Shown here in pieces: positions 9,433-17,142 of a DNA stretch of 64,000 bases. Under the pieces are notes generated by a model that ran no database searches, was not told the DNA's origin, and worked only from the letters and a program-made list of their open reading frames with translations. Source of the DNA: an uncultured virus (IMG/VR IMGVR_UViG_3300048020_000241) (taxonomy: Duplodnaviria; Heunggongvirae; Uroviricota; Caudoviricetes). The DNA lies in IMG/VR virus record IMGVR_UViG_3300048020_000241; one strand, 5' to 3'. The translations under genes and the position numbers were made by a program. How positions within the stretch are numbered: the first letter of the stretch is position 1; each line of letters begins with the position of its first letter.

Positions 9433-11730
9433 ATGAGTTCAGTAAAAGATTTGCATAGTTCGTTTTGGATGGAAGAAGATGAATGGGATGATGACTTCCT
9501 TGTGGATAATTCCCATCAAGAACGTAAAGGTGGTTTGAATTATACTGAACTTATTAAGTTGTCAGCAAGACGTCGTGCGATTGCTAATTTCGTAAACATT
9601 TTAACTGGTCAAGATATTCCTGTTCAATTTAGTTCACGTGGTGGTGAAAATTATACTGATGGTAAAGTGGTGGTAATTTCAGCAGATGCCAAGAATGAAA
9701 CATTTGATTCGGATGTTGGATTGGCACTTCACGAAGCATCTCATATTCTTTTGAGTGAGTTTGACGTTATTCATCGTCTTATTGGTGATACAAGCACTTT
9801 TGATCAAAATACTCATTTTCCTATTCTTCGTGAAGGATTTACCCCAAAAAATAATGCTGAAAAGAAGTTGGAAACATTTTTGTGGGACATTCTGAAAAAC
9901 GAAGATATTAAAAAGCAACTCAACGAAAAAGGTCAAATCAAGTTTCAACGTCAAATGCTTTTGTTTGCAAAGGATATGTGGAATTGGGTGGAAGACCGTA
10001 GAATTGATAATTATGTTTTTACAAATGCTCCTGGTTATCGTGAGTATTATATGTCTCTTTATGCAAAGTATTTTCGCACAAAAGAAATGGCAAAGACTTT
10101 GCAAAGTGATGAATATCGTGAAGAAAATCTTGATAGTTATTCAATGCGTGTTATTAATCTTCTTAGTGAAGAACGTGATCTGGATGCGTTGAATGGTCTT
10201 CGTGATATTGTTAAGGTTCTTGATCTTAATAATGTTGCTCGGATGAAGAATTCTTATGATGCTCTTTCAGTTGCAGTTGATGTTGCAGAAATCATTTTCA
10301 ATAACGTTGATTGGAATGCTGAAATGGAACAAACTAAAAATGGTGAAAGTTCTGAAGGTGATTCTGATACGAATTTCAGCAACGATGATTTTAATGATCC
10401 ACCTGAAAGTAAAGAATCTTCAGAAAGTGATTCTGATGACAATAAAGAAGGTGAAGGAAATTCTTCGGAAAATTCTGATGATGATAATAACGAATCATCA
10501 TCTGCTTCTTCATCTTCCGATGAAAACTCTGATGGTTCAGAAAATTCTGATTCAAACGATTCTGATTCTGACAACGATTCAAACGATTCTGATTCTGATG
10601 GAAAGAATGCCAAGGAAAGTAAGAATGCTTTGAGCAAGACAATGAAGAAACGTGTTGAAAATCAACTTAAAAAGCAAAAGGATTTTATGGAAGGTAATCT
10701 CAAGAAAAAGAGTGCTTCCAAGAAAGACCAACAAGCAATGAAGGCTGCTGAACAAAGTGGTTCGGAAATTGTTCAAGTTGGAAGTGATGTTCACGATGAA
10801 CGTGGTTACTATAAAGCACGTTCTATTGATTGCATCATCGTTAAGAATCTTACTCACGAAGTTATTGATAGCAACGAATTTCCAATGAAGTATTATCACA
10901 AAGATTTGTTTTCAAAGAATAGTGTTGAAAAAGGAATCGTAATGGGAACCGTTCTTGGAAAAAGATTGAAAATTCGTAGTGAAGTTCGTGAACTTAAAAC
11001 GATGCGTCAACGCACGGGTAGAATTGAAAGAAGATTGCTAAGTGAACTTGGTTACGGAATGGAAAATGTATTTGGTCACATTGAAATCAGCAAATACAAA
11101 AAAGCAATGCTTTACATTAGCATTGATGCTTCATCAAGTATGTTTAGTGGAAGCACTTCAAATGAAAATAGCAAGTGGCATCGTACCATGACTGCAACCG
11201 TAGGAATGGCAAAGGCCGCAAGCATGATTGACAATCTTGATGTTCGCATTGACTTTCGTGCAACTAAAGGTGATTTTCCTTATGTTGTAATCGCATACGA
11301 TTCAACGAAAGATTCATTTTCAAAGATTAGAAATTTGTTTCCACGTCTTTCTCCTTGTGGTTATACACCCGAAGGATTGTGCTTTGAAGCACTTTCAAAA
11401 AGTTTCGTACCTGCGACAACTGAACGTGACGTTTACTTCGTCAACATTTCAGACGGACAACCTTACTTCTGCACCAAAGGAGCAAGTGGATTTGATTACA
11501 ATGGTGAAAGTGCAGTTCAACACACAAAACGTCAAGTTGATGTACTTCGTAAAAAAGGAATTCGTGTTGCGAGTTACTATGTAGAAGAAGAAAATGGTTG
11601 GTATCGTGAAACGACTCAAAGAATGTTCAAAAGAATGTACGGACAAGATGCACAATTTATTAATGTTGGTAATGTTCACGAAATTGCAAAAACGATGAAT
11701 CGCAAGTTTCTTCAAAAAAATGCAAATTAG
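9433..11730 (+). CDS. VWA-domain protein with N-terminal HExxH domain and acidic linker (MoxR/CobT-type partner)
   Basis: LHEASH and WNWVEDRRID motifs, Ser/Asp-rich linker, MIDAS-like DASSSM, YTPEG and ISDGQP. Confidence 0.85.
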   Translation: MSSVKDLHSSFWMEEDEWDDDFLVDNSHQERKGGLNYTELIKLSARRRAIANFVNILTGQDIPVQFSSRGGENYTDGKVVVISADAKNETFDSDVGLALHEASHILLSEFDVIHRLIGDTSTFDQNTHFPILREGFTPKNNAEKKLETFLWDILKNEDIKKQLNEKGQIKFQRQMLLFAKDMWNWVEDRRIDNYVFTNAPGYREYYMSLYAKYFRTKEMAKTLQSDEYREENLDSYSMRVINLLSEERDLDALNGLRDIVKVLDLNNVARMKNSYDALSVAVDVAEIIFNNVDWNAEMEQTKNGESSEGDSDTNFSNDDFNDPPESKESSESDSDDNKEGEGNSSENSDDDNNESSSASSSSDENSDGSENSDSNDSDSDNDSNDSDSDGKNAKESKNALSKTMKKRVENQLKKQKDFMEGNLKKKSASKKDQQAMKAAEQSGSEIVQVGSDVHDERGYYKARSIDCIIVKNLTHEVIDSNEFPMKYYHKDLFSKNSVEKGIVMGTVLGKRLKIRSEVRELKTMRQRTGRIERRLLSELGYGMENVFGHIEISKYKKAMLYISIDASSSMFSGSTSNENSKWHRTMTATVGMAKAASMIDNLDVRIDFRATKGDFPYVVIAYDSTKDSFSKIRNLFPRLSPCGYTPEGLCFEALSKSFVPATTERDVYFVNISDGQPYFCTKGASGFDYNGESAVQHTKRQVDVLRKKGIRVASYYVEEENGWYRETTQRMFKRMYGQDAQFINVGNVHEIAKTMNRKFLQKNAN

Positions 11731-11733
11731 GTG

Positions 11734-11762
11734 TTGACTTTTTATAATAATTTTTGTAAGAT
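11734..11762 (+). promoter_or_regulatory. conserved promoter element
   Basis: TTGACTTTTTATA 11734, N17, TAAGAT 11757. Confidence 0.8.
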
Positions 11763-11771
11763 ATAAAAACA

Positions 11772-12026
11772 ATGGGAAATGAAAACAAAATGAAGTGGCA
11801 ACCAATTCCATCTTTGAAGTCTGAGCAAATTGATGATTTGTTTAAAAATTTATACGGAGTTGATCGTAAAACTTCTATCGTTGAAAAAACTTGTGTTTCA
11901 TGTGGATCAGAAGTTGCAGAAAAAGGATTTCGTGATGATCTTTCGTTGCGTGAATTTCACATTTCAGGACTTTGCCAAGTATGCCAAGATAAAGTTTTTG
12001 GATTTGAAGAAACTTTAGAGAAATAA
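11772..12026 (+). CDS. small zinc-binding phage protein
   Basis: CVSC...FRDDLSLREFHISGLCQVCQD, two CxxC pairs. Confidence 0.7.
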   Translation: MGNENKMKWQPIPSLKSEQIDDLFKNLYGVDRKTSIVEKTCVSCGSEVAEKGFRDDLSLREFHISGLCQVCQDKVFGFEETLEK

Positions 12027-12029
12027 GGC

Positions 12030-12058
12030 TTGACATTTTATAGAAAATTTAGTAAGAT
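12030..12058 (+). promoter_or_regulatory. variant of the conserved promoter
   Basis: TTGACATTTTATA 12030, N17, TAAGAT 12053. Confidence 0.75.
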
Positions 12059-12097
12059 CATAATACAAACTGAGAGAAAAACATTAACAAAAAAATT

Positions 12098-13294
12098 ATG
12101 GAAAGTATGAGTGAGGTAGTAGTAAAAGTTGTTCAAAACAAAAGTCGTTTTAATGCAGTTGATGCAGACGGAAATGTTATCAAGGGAATTTCTGCTAGTA
12201 TGCGGAAGAAGGCATTTAATAAAAACAAAGCACTTCAACGTGCAATTGGAAAAACTGGTCGTCCGTTTTGGAGATTGGTAAACATTGAGGAATTTGTATC
12301 TATTGATACCAAGTCTGCTCCTACCACTTCACGTGATGAAGCAAGCATGGAAATCAATGAGATTCCGGAAAAGCATAATGAGATTGTTGACTTTCTCAAA
12401 AACTGCTTTAATCTTAAACCAAACAAGTTGTTTATGAATGAAACCAAGTGGAAGTATTTGGTTCGTTCAGCAGTTCGTGGTAAGAATGTTATGATGACTG
12501 GTAACTCTGGTTGTGGTAAAACTCTTGCAAGTAAGACTCTTGCGGAAGTTCTTGATCGTCCATTCTTTTATTTTAATCTTGGAGCAACTCAAGATCCTCG
12601 TAGTTCTTTGATTGGTAATACCCATTTCAAAAAAGAAACCGGAACCGTGTTTGCTGAAAGTTCTTTCATCAAAGCAATTCGTACTCCGAATTCTATTATT
12701 CTTCTTGATGAATTATCAAGAGCACATCCTGATGCGTGGAACATTTTGATGACTCCACTTGATCCACTTCAACGTTATGTTCGTTTAGACGAATCAGAAG
12801 ATTCTGAAGTTGTACCTGTTGCAGACGGAGTAACTTTCGTTGCTACTGCAAATGTCGGTAACGAATACACTTCCACACGTGTAATGGACAGAGCATTGCT
12901 TGATCGTTTCGTTACGGTGGAAATGGATGAACTTGAATACGAAGATGAAGTTGCTCTTCTTAAATTGCTTTACCCAGATGCGGACATCAATATGCTTGGT
13001 ACGATTGGTGAAATCACCACTCATACTCGTAAGGTTGTAAAGTCTGCTGAATCTAAGATTACCGACTCACTTTCAACTCGTAGTGCAGTTGAAATGGCAG
13101 GTCTTGCTTATGATGGATTCAATTTGCTTGAAATCGCAGAAGCATCAATTTACCCTCACTTTTCTGATGATGGTGGTGCAGATTCTGAAAGAACTTACAT
13201 GAAGCAATTTGTTCAGAAGTATGTTCAAAACGAAGATACACCTGAAGAATTATTTTCTCTCAATCCCGATGAAAATGAATCAGTTCCATACTGA
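12098..13294 (+). CDS. MoxR/CobS-like AAA+ ATPase
   Basis: Walker A GNSGCGKT, Walker B ILLDE, ATAN sensor, DRALLDRF arginine finger. Confidence 0.92.
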   Translation: MESMSEVVVKVVQNKSRFNAVDADGNVIKGISASMRKKAFNKNKALQRAIGKTGRPFWRLVNIEEFVSIDTKSAPTTSRDEASMEINEIPEKHNEIVDFLKNCFNLKPNKLFMNETKWKYLVRSAVRGKNVMMTGNSGCGKTLASKTLAEVLDRPFFYFNLGATQDPRSSLIGNTHFKKETGTVFAESSFIKAIRTPNSIILLDELSRAHPDAWNILMTPLDPLQRYVRLDESEDSEVVPVADGVTFVATANVGNEYTSTRVMDRALLDRFVTVEMDELEYEDEVALLKLLYPDADINMLGTIGEITTHTRKVVKSAESKITDSLSTRSAVEMAGLAYDGFNLLEIAEASIYPHFSDDGGADSERTYMKQFVQKYVQNEDTPEELFSLNPDENESVPY

Positions 13295-13317
13295 TTAAGT
13301 AATCGGTTCTCTCACTC

Positions 13318-13356
13318 GGTGGGACTCCTTTCTCTCGGGAGTCCCACCTTTTTTTT
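13318..13356 (+). terminator. intrinsic terminator
   Basis: Stem GGTGGGACTCC/GGAGTCCCACC followed by a T run. Confidence 0.9.
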
Positions 13357-13394
13357 GGCTTGTTTTTATTTCAAAATAGTTTATATTATATTTA

Positions 13395-13661
13395 ATGAAA
13401 ATAGAGTTAGAAATAAATGGGGAAATATATTCGTGGAAATCTGATTATGAAGATCACACGATATATGATATTGCAGAAAAATTCAAAGGATTATTGGTAA
13501 GTGCTGGATTTCATCCTGATAATGCTGATGATTTATTTGAAGAAGGTGTTATTGGAAGTTGGAAGTTACCAAGTGATAAAAATTTGTATGCAGAAGAACT
13601 TGAAGATGAATACGATATTTTTGATAATGAAACTAATATTAATGCTGAAAGTTTGAAGTAA
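13395..13661 (+). CDS. hypothetical protein
   Basis: 88 aa; stop coupled to the next start (TAATG). Confidence 0.6.
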   Translation: MKIELEINGEIYSWKSDYEDHTIYDIAEKFKGLLVSAGFHPDNADDLFEEGVIGSWKLPSDKNLYAEELEDEYDIFDNETNINAESLK

Positions 13662-14215
13662 TGGGAATGTTTGATTATGTAATCTGTGAACACGCATTGC
13701 CTTTGCCAAAAGATTGCAAAGAACTTGCAGATGTAGTGTGGAATAAATATCAATTTCAAAGCAAGAATATGAATTGCTTGATGGATGATTACAGAATAAA
13801 TAAAAATGGAAAACTTTTAGTTCGTGCAGGTAGAACTGATTTTTTTGATGATCCTTCTCAAACTTTGCCAGAGGTTGAAAGTAATTATCACGGAGAACTT
13901 GAATTTTACACATACGAGCAACGAAATAAATACGATTATAGTGTAAGTTTCAATGCAAAATTTTCAAATGGTAACCTTGATAAAATAGAATTATCAGAAT
14001 TTGAAAAGCATTCCAACGAAAAACGTAAAAAATATCAAGCAGAATTTGAAGAAGCAAGAAACCGGTTTAAAAAATTAACACAATCTTGGTGGTTTCCCGT
14101 TTACGATACGTTGTATAAAAAACCAGTTCAAAGAATTTCAAAATATACTTATAAATTGTTACAAAAACTAATTTCTAATTGGTTTCGGTACGAGCAAAAA
14201 ATACTTCCTTGGTAA
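13661..14215 (+). CDS. conserved phage hypothetical protein (MGMFD N-terminus)
   Basis: MGMFDYVIC...FQSK...YRI...G motif seen in many phage proteins; translational coupling. Confidence 0.65.
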   Translation: MGMFDYVICEHALPLPKDCKELADVVWNKYQFQSKNMNCLMDDYRINKNGKLLVRAGRTDFFDDPSQTLPEVESNYHGELEFYTYEQRNKYDYSVSFNAKFSNGNLDKIELSEFEKHSNEKRKKYQAEFEEARNRFKKLTQSWWFPVYDTLYKKPVQRISKYTYKLLQKLISNWFRYEQKILPW

Positions 14216-14847
14216 TGAAATCTGCAAAAGCATCTAATTTATCTGAATATAAAAAACTTTCAAAGTCTGAACGTGAATGTTATGGATTATACAGAACACC
14301 TGAGTTTTACGAAATGAATGGAGATTCATTTGAAGATTATTGGAAATCAAATTATCCAATTCAATTTACCATTAGAAATTCCGCAGAAAATTTTTGGATA
14401 ACATTATCTGTGTGGAAAGATAAAATCATTGATAATACTTGGAGAAGATTATTTCCTAGAAATAAATGGGCAAGAAAAAGTATTCCGCATACCTATTCAG
14501 ATAAAGTTGAACTGGTCAAAGATTTTTTGTTTGCAAGTATAGTAGATTTTGTTGAAAACGAACCAATTGAGTTTACCGATTGGGAATCATCCGAAACTCA
14601 TAAAAATGCTTTTCGTAGAATTAATAAATGTTATGCTTTCATAAAAAAAGAAATGTCGGAGAAACAAAACACAATAGATGAACTTATGGATGATTTGTAT
14701 GGTGGTAGAGAACTGGATGATTTTTTTAGTGAGAAAGAAGAGGATAAAATGTTTGATGAAATAAACAAATTAAGCAAGGAACTTGAAGAAGAAATTCAGT
14801 TTTATTGTATTGAAATTGTATCATTGCGAAACTTTCTTTGGACTTAG
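14215..14847 (+). CDS. hypothetical protein
   Basis: ATG 14215 overlaps the upstream TAA. Confidence 0.6.
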   Translation: MKSAKASNLSEYKKLSKSERECYGLYRTPEFYEMNGDSFEDYWKSNYPIQFTIRNSAENFWITLSVWKDKIIDNTWRRLFPRNKWARKSIPHTYSDKVELVKDFLFASIVDFVENEPIEFTDWESSETHKNAFRRINKCYAFIKKEMSEKQNTIDELMDDLYGGRELDDFFSEKEEDKMFDEINKLSKELEEEIQFYCIEIVSLRNFLWT

Positions 14848-14859
14848 GAATCTTTTTTC

Positions 14860-14907
14860 TTGACTTTTTATAAGAATTTTGGTAGTATTCTTATATTGAG
14901 AGTGAGT
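14860..14907 (+). promoter_or_regulatory. conserved promoter/leader element
   Basis: TTGACT 14860, TAGTAT 14883, TATTGAGAGTGAG. Confidence 0.85.
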
Positions 14908-14937
14908 TAAGGATGGGTAACTAAAAAAAGAGAGATT

Positions 14938-15600
14938 ATGGCAAAGATATACAAAGACGGTAAGTTTTTCAAATATTACAAAGAAAATTGGTTCAATCCT
15001 ATTGGCATGACCGATGATGGATATTACATTCATGTTCCTTCCACAGATAGTGATGAACATCAAATTGTCAAGGAACATGGACGATTGAAAGCATTTCATC
15101 CTTCGTCCAAGTGGAGAAGAGAATCTAGTGATATTGAACCTGCTGGATTGTTTGTCACCAAGAATTTCACCGGTCGTTGGTACTACATTGATACCGAGAT
15201 TACCGACAAAGAACTTGCAAACAAACAAAATTGGATGTCGGAGAATATTCGCAGACGTGAAGATGCAAAACTTCGCAAAGAAGAAAACATTAAAAATTGG
15301 AAAGCAAAAAGTTCTTTTCAAGGTGAGATTGGTGATTCTCTTGAATTGGAACTTAGTATCATGTTTCAGAGCAGTTTTTCTACCAATTGGGGAACAGGTC
15401 ACATTACAACTCTTAAAGACGAGAACGCAAACGTTTATGTTATTTGGAGAGAATTTTGGGACAACGAAACTGATGAACCTATGAGCAAGGGAACTAAGAT
15501 CAAAGGAATTTTTAAGGTCACGGGTCACAATGAACGCAATGACCAAAAGCAAACAATTCTTCAAAACAAAATTGAAAATTCTGAATTTATTTTTGCCTAA
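14938..15600 (+). CDS. hypothetical protein, C-terminal OB-fold-like domain
   Basis: SSFQGEIGD...LKDENANVYVIW...KVTGHNERNDQKQT pattern. Confidence 0.55.
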   Translation: MAKIYKDGKFFKYYKENWFNPIGMTDDGYYIHVPSTDSDEHQIVKEHGRLKAFHPSSKWRRESSDIEPAGLFVTKNFTGRWYYIDTEITDKELANKQNWMSENIRRREDAKLRKEENIKNWKAKSSFQGEIGDSLELELSIMFQSSFSTNWGTGHITTLKDENANVYVIWREFWDNETDEPMSKGTKIKGIFKVTGHNERNDQKQTILQNKIENSEFIFA

Positions 15601-15614
15601 AACGCATTTAACTG

Positions 15615-15670
15615 TTGACTTTTTATAAAAACTATGGTAGGGTTACTGTATTGAGAGTGAGAAAAGAGAA
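15615..15670 (+). promoter_or_regulatory. conserved promoter/leader element
   Basis: TTGACT 15615, TAGGGT 15638, TATTGAGAGTGAGAAAAGAGAA. Confidence 0.8.
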
Positions 15671-15692
15671 ACTAAAATAAGGAGAGAAAAAA

Positions 15693-16313
15693 ATGCCATT
15701 ATACACACCAATTTATTCTAAAGAAGAACCAAGAGGTCATCTTGATATAACTGAAACCAAAGAATCTTATGTAGGACGAGTTTTGGAAACCTACGAAGAA
15801 AATGGTTATCACGATTCTGATTTTTATGCAGTTGTTTGGGATGACGCAACTGAATCAATTCTTCACAAGCAATATGCAACGACTCGTTTTTACTCTAATG
15901 GTTACGGAGCAAAGGTTGATGCAACTCCTGAGGTCATTGCCAAGGCAACTGCTGAACGCAAATCAAGGTTCTTGGAGTCTGCAATTGAAGCAGACGAAGA
16001 AACTGCAAAGACGGTTGCAAAAAGCAAGATGGTTGAAATTAACCGTGGTCGCAAGAATCGTGGTGTTATCGGTGAAGTATTTTGGGTTGGAAACCCTGAA
16101 AAGTTTTCTTATTATGCAAAAGAGCATCGTTCAGTTGGAATCAAGTTAGACGATGAACGTGATGATAACGGAAAGTTCAAGAACATTGTTTTTGCTTATG
16201 ACTACAACTGCGATGTTGTTAACTACGAGTCCCATTTGACTGATAAAAAGCACCTTGAAGAAATTGCAAATAACAAAGCAAAATCACATTCCTATTCTTA
16301 TCCAACCAATTAA
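15693..16313 (+). CDS. conserved phage hypothetical protein
   Basis: EENGYHDSDFYAVVWD motif, KOW-like segment, strong SD AAGGAG. Confidence 0.7.
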   Translation: MPLYTPIYSKEEPRGHLDITETKESYVGRVLETYEENGYHDSDFYAVVWDDATESILHKQYATTRFYSNGYGAKVDATPEVIAKATAERKSRFLESAIEADEETAKTVAKSKMVEINRGRKNRGVIGEVFWVGNPEKFSYYAKEHRSVGIKLDDERDDNGKFKNIVFAYDYNCDVVNYESHLTDKKHLEEIANNKAKSHSYSYPTN

Positions 16314-16323
16314 TAAATTTGTT

Positions 16324-16605
16324 ATGAAAAAAAATAATCCAAAAGATATTCCTTATGTTCTCGTTCAACACAACGACTCGGGCAAGTCATTTGCCCTGAG
16401 TCGTGGTTATCGTTTAATGAGTGCAAATGTTCCCACACCTGTAAAGTTGTGGATGATTAACAACCAAGTTCAAAAAGATGCAGGATGGTTTCCTACTTTC
16501 GATGATCAAAGTCCAAGTTGGGCAAGAGAATTTAATGCGGAAGACTTTACTGCGTATTGGATTGATTACGACAAGCATTTTGAGGAACTTGTAGTAAATT
16601 CTTAA
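16324..16605 (+). CDS. hypothetical protein
   Basis: ATG at 16324. Confidence 0.55.
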   Translation: MKKNNPKDIPYVLVQHNDSGKSFALSRGYRLMSANVPTPVKLWMINNQVQKDAGWFPTFDDQSPSWAREFNAEDFTAYWIDYDKHFEELVVNS

Positions 16606-16643
16606 TTTTAACCAAATATAAACAATAAAAAAGGAGAGATAAA

Positions 16644-16748
16644 ATGAGCAAAGAGCAACTTAAAAAACTAAAGAAACAACTTGAAGGACTTAGTCCTGAA
16701 GAAAGAATGCTTGCGTTGATGGTAGCATTAGCAAAAGGTGGTGCATAA
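16644..16748 (+). CDS. 34-aa small protein
   Basis: Strong SD AAGGAG; MSKEQLKKLKKQLEGLSPEERMLALMVALAKGGA fills the intergenic gap. Confidence 0.5.
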   Translation: MSKEQLKKLKKQLEGLSPEERMLALMVALAKGGA

Positions 16749-16750
16749 TA

Positions 16751-17077
16751 ATGACCACTCTACGTTTCAATACACACAATGATTCTAGTATTGATGTCAA
16801 CGGAACATCGCACCAAGGAGCAATTTCCGAAACCTTTGAAAAATTATTAAAGGTTTTCGGAACTCCTATGGGTGCTTCGGATGATGGTAAAGTTGACGTA
16901 GAATGGAATATTATGTTTAATGACGGAGTTGTTGCAACCATTTACAATTGGAAAAACGGACCTGCAAGTATGGGTTCAGGGGGAACTAATCCAGTTGATA
17001 TTGAAACATGGCACATCGGTGGAAAAACTACCTGTGCAGTTTACGATGTTGAGGAGATTCTTAAAAATAATGCTTGA
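16751..17077 (+). CDS. conserved phage hypothetical protein
   Basis: GTSHQG...VFGTP...KVDVEW...TIYNWK...WHIGG; stop supplied by the next -35 box. Confidence 0.7.
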   Translation: MTTLRFNTHNDSSIDVNGTSHQGAISETFEKLLKVFGTPMGASDDGKVDVEWNIMFNDGVVATIYNWKNGPASMGSGGTNPVDIETWHIGGKTTCAVYDVEEILKNNA

Positions 17078-17118
17078 CTTTTTATAATTTTTTTGGTAGT
17101 GTATTACTATTGAGAATG
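17074..17118 (+). promoter_or_regulatory. conserved promoter/leader element
   Basis: TTGACT 17074, TAGTGT 17097, TATTGAGAATG. Confidence 0.8.
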
Positions 17119-17142
17119 ATTATTAACAAAACAAAAAGAGAG

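Noticed and set aside
10254..10899. Overlapping antisense and alternate-frame ORFs in the VWA gene (similarly 18939-19841 and within the fibre genes)
   Set aside because: Shadows of low-complexity coding sequence, with no expression signals.
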